DNA of 64,000 nucleotides, taken from assembly GCA_033442325.1 (NCBI GenBank), contig JAWQFM010000026.1:34522-98521 (forward strand), given 5' to 3'. Numbering within the stretch: position 1 is the first letter of the stretch; each line of letters starts with the position of its first letter. Made by a program: the position numbers and the translations under genes. Under the pieces are notes generated by a model, which saw only the letters and a program-made list of their open reading frames with translations, did not search any database and was not told where the DNA came from. Below, one piece after another: positions 63,960-64,000 of this stretch. This DNA comes from Salpingoeca rosetta. Taxonomy: Eukaryota; Protista; Choanoflagellata.

Positions 63960-64000
<41 letters not shown>

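Overview
Eukaryotic, intron-rich, microsatellite-saturated draft sequence with 7 N-gaps. The (CA/GT)n-filled introns and the gene set suggest a choanoflagellate such as Salpingoeca rosetta; this is an inference from sequence style only. Most entries in the ORF track are microsatellite read-throughs, so genes were rebuilt by eye from GT-AG exons. Genes in order: 5' part of a Na+/K+-ATPase alpha (-), two secreted coiled-coil proteins (+; one TSP1-like, one beta-propeller), a P2X receptor (-, gapped), a PTPMT1-like phosphatase (+), a second divergent P2C ATPase with PQGL in place of PEGL (-), glycogen phosphorylase (+), syntenin (-), an SLC12A9-like cotransporter (+), an ankyrin/coiled-coil/acidic protein (-), a ~7.3 kb Helitron2/Helentron-type transposon with recognisable ends (-), RPS10 (-), a GH85 ENGase (+), a Maf/CNC-like bZIP (-) and a partial multi-pass membrane protein (+). 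The most unusual object is a ~445-nt segment at ~1528-1973 inside the (CA)n tract of Na/K-ATPase intron 3. It is compositionally foreign, has no internal ORF, and is almost fully tiled by stem-loops with G-U pairs on the + strand plus a possible pseudoknot. It is a candidate large structured RNA or mobile RNA-derived insert, antisense to the host gene.
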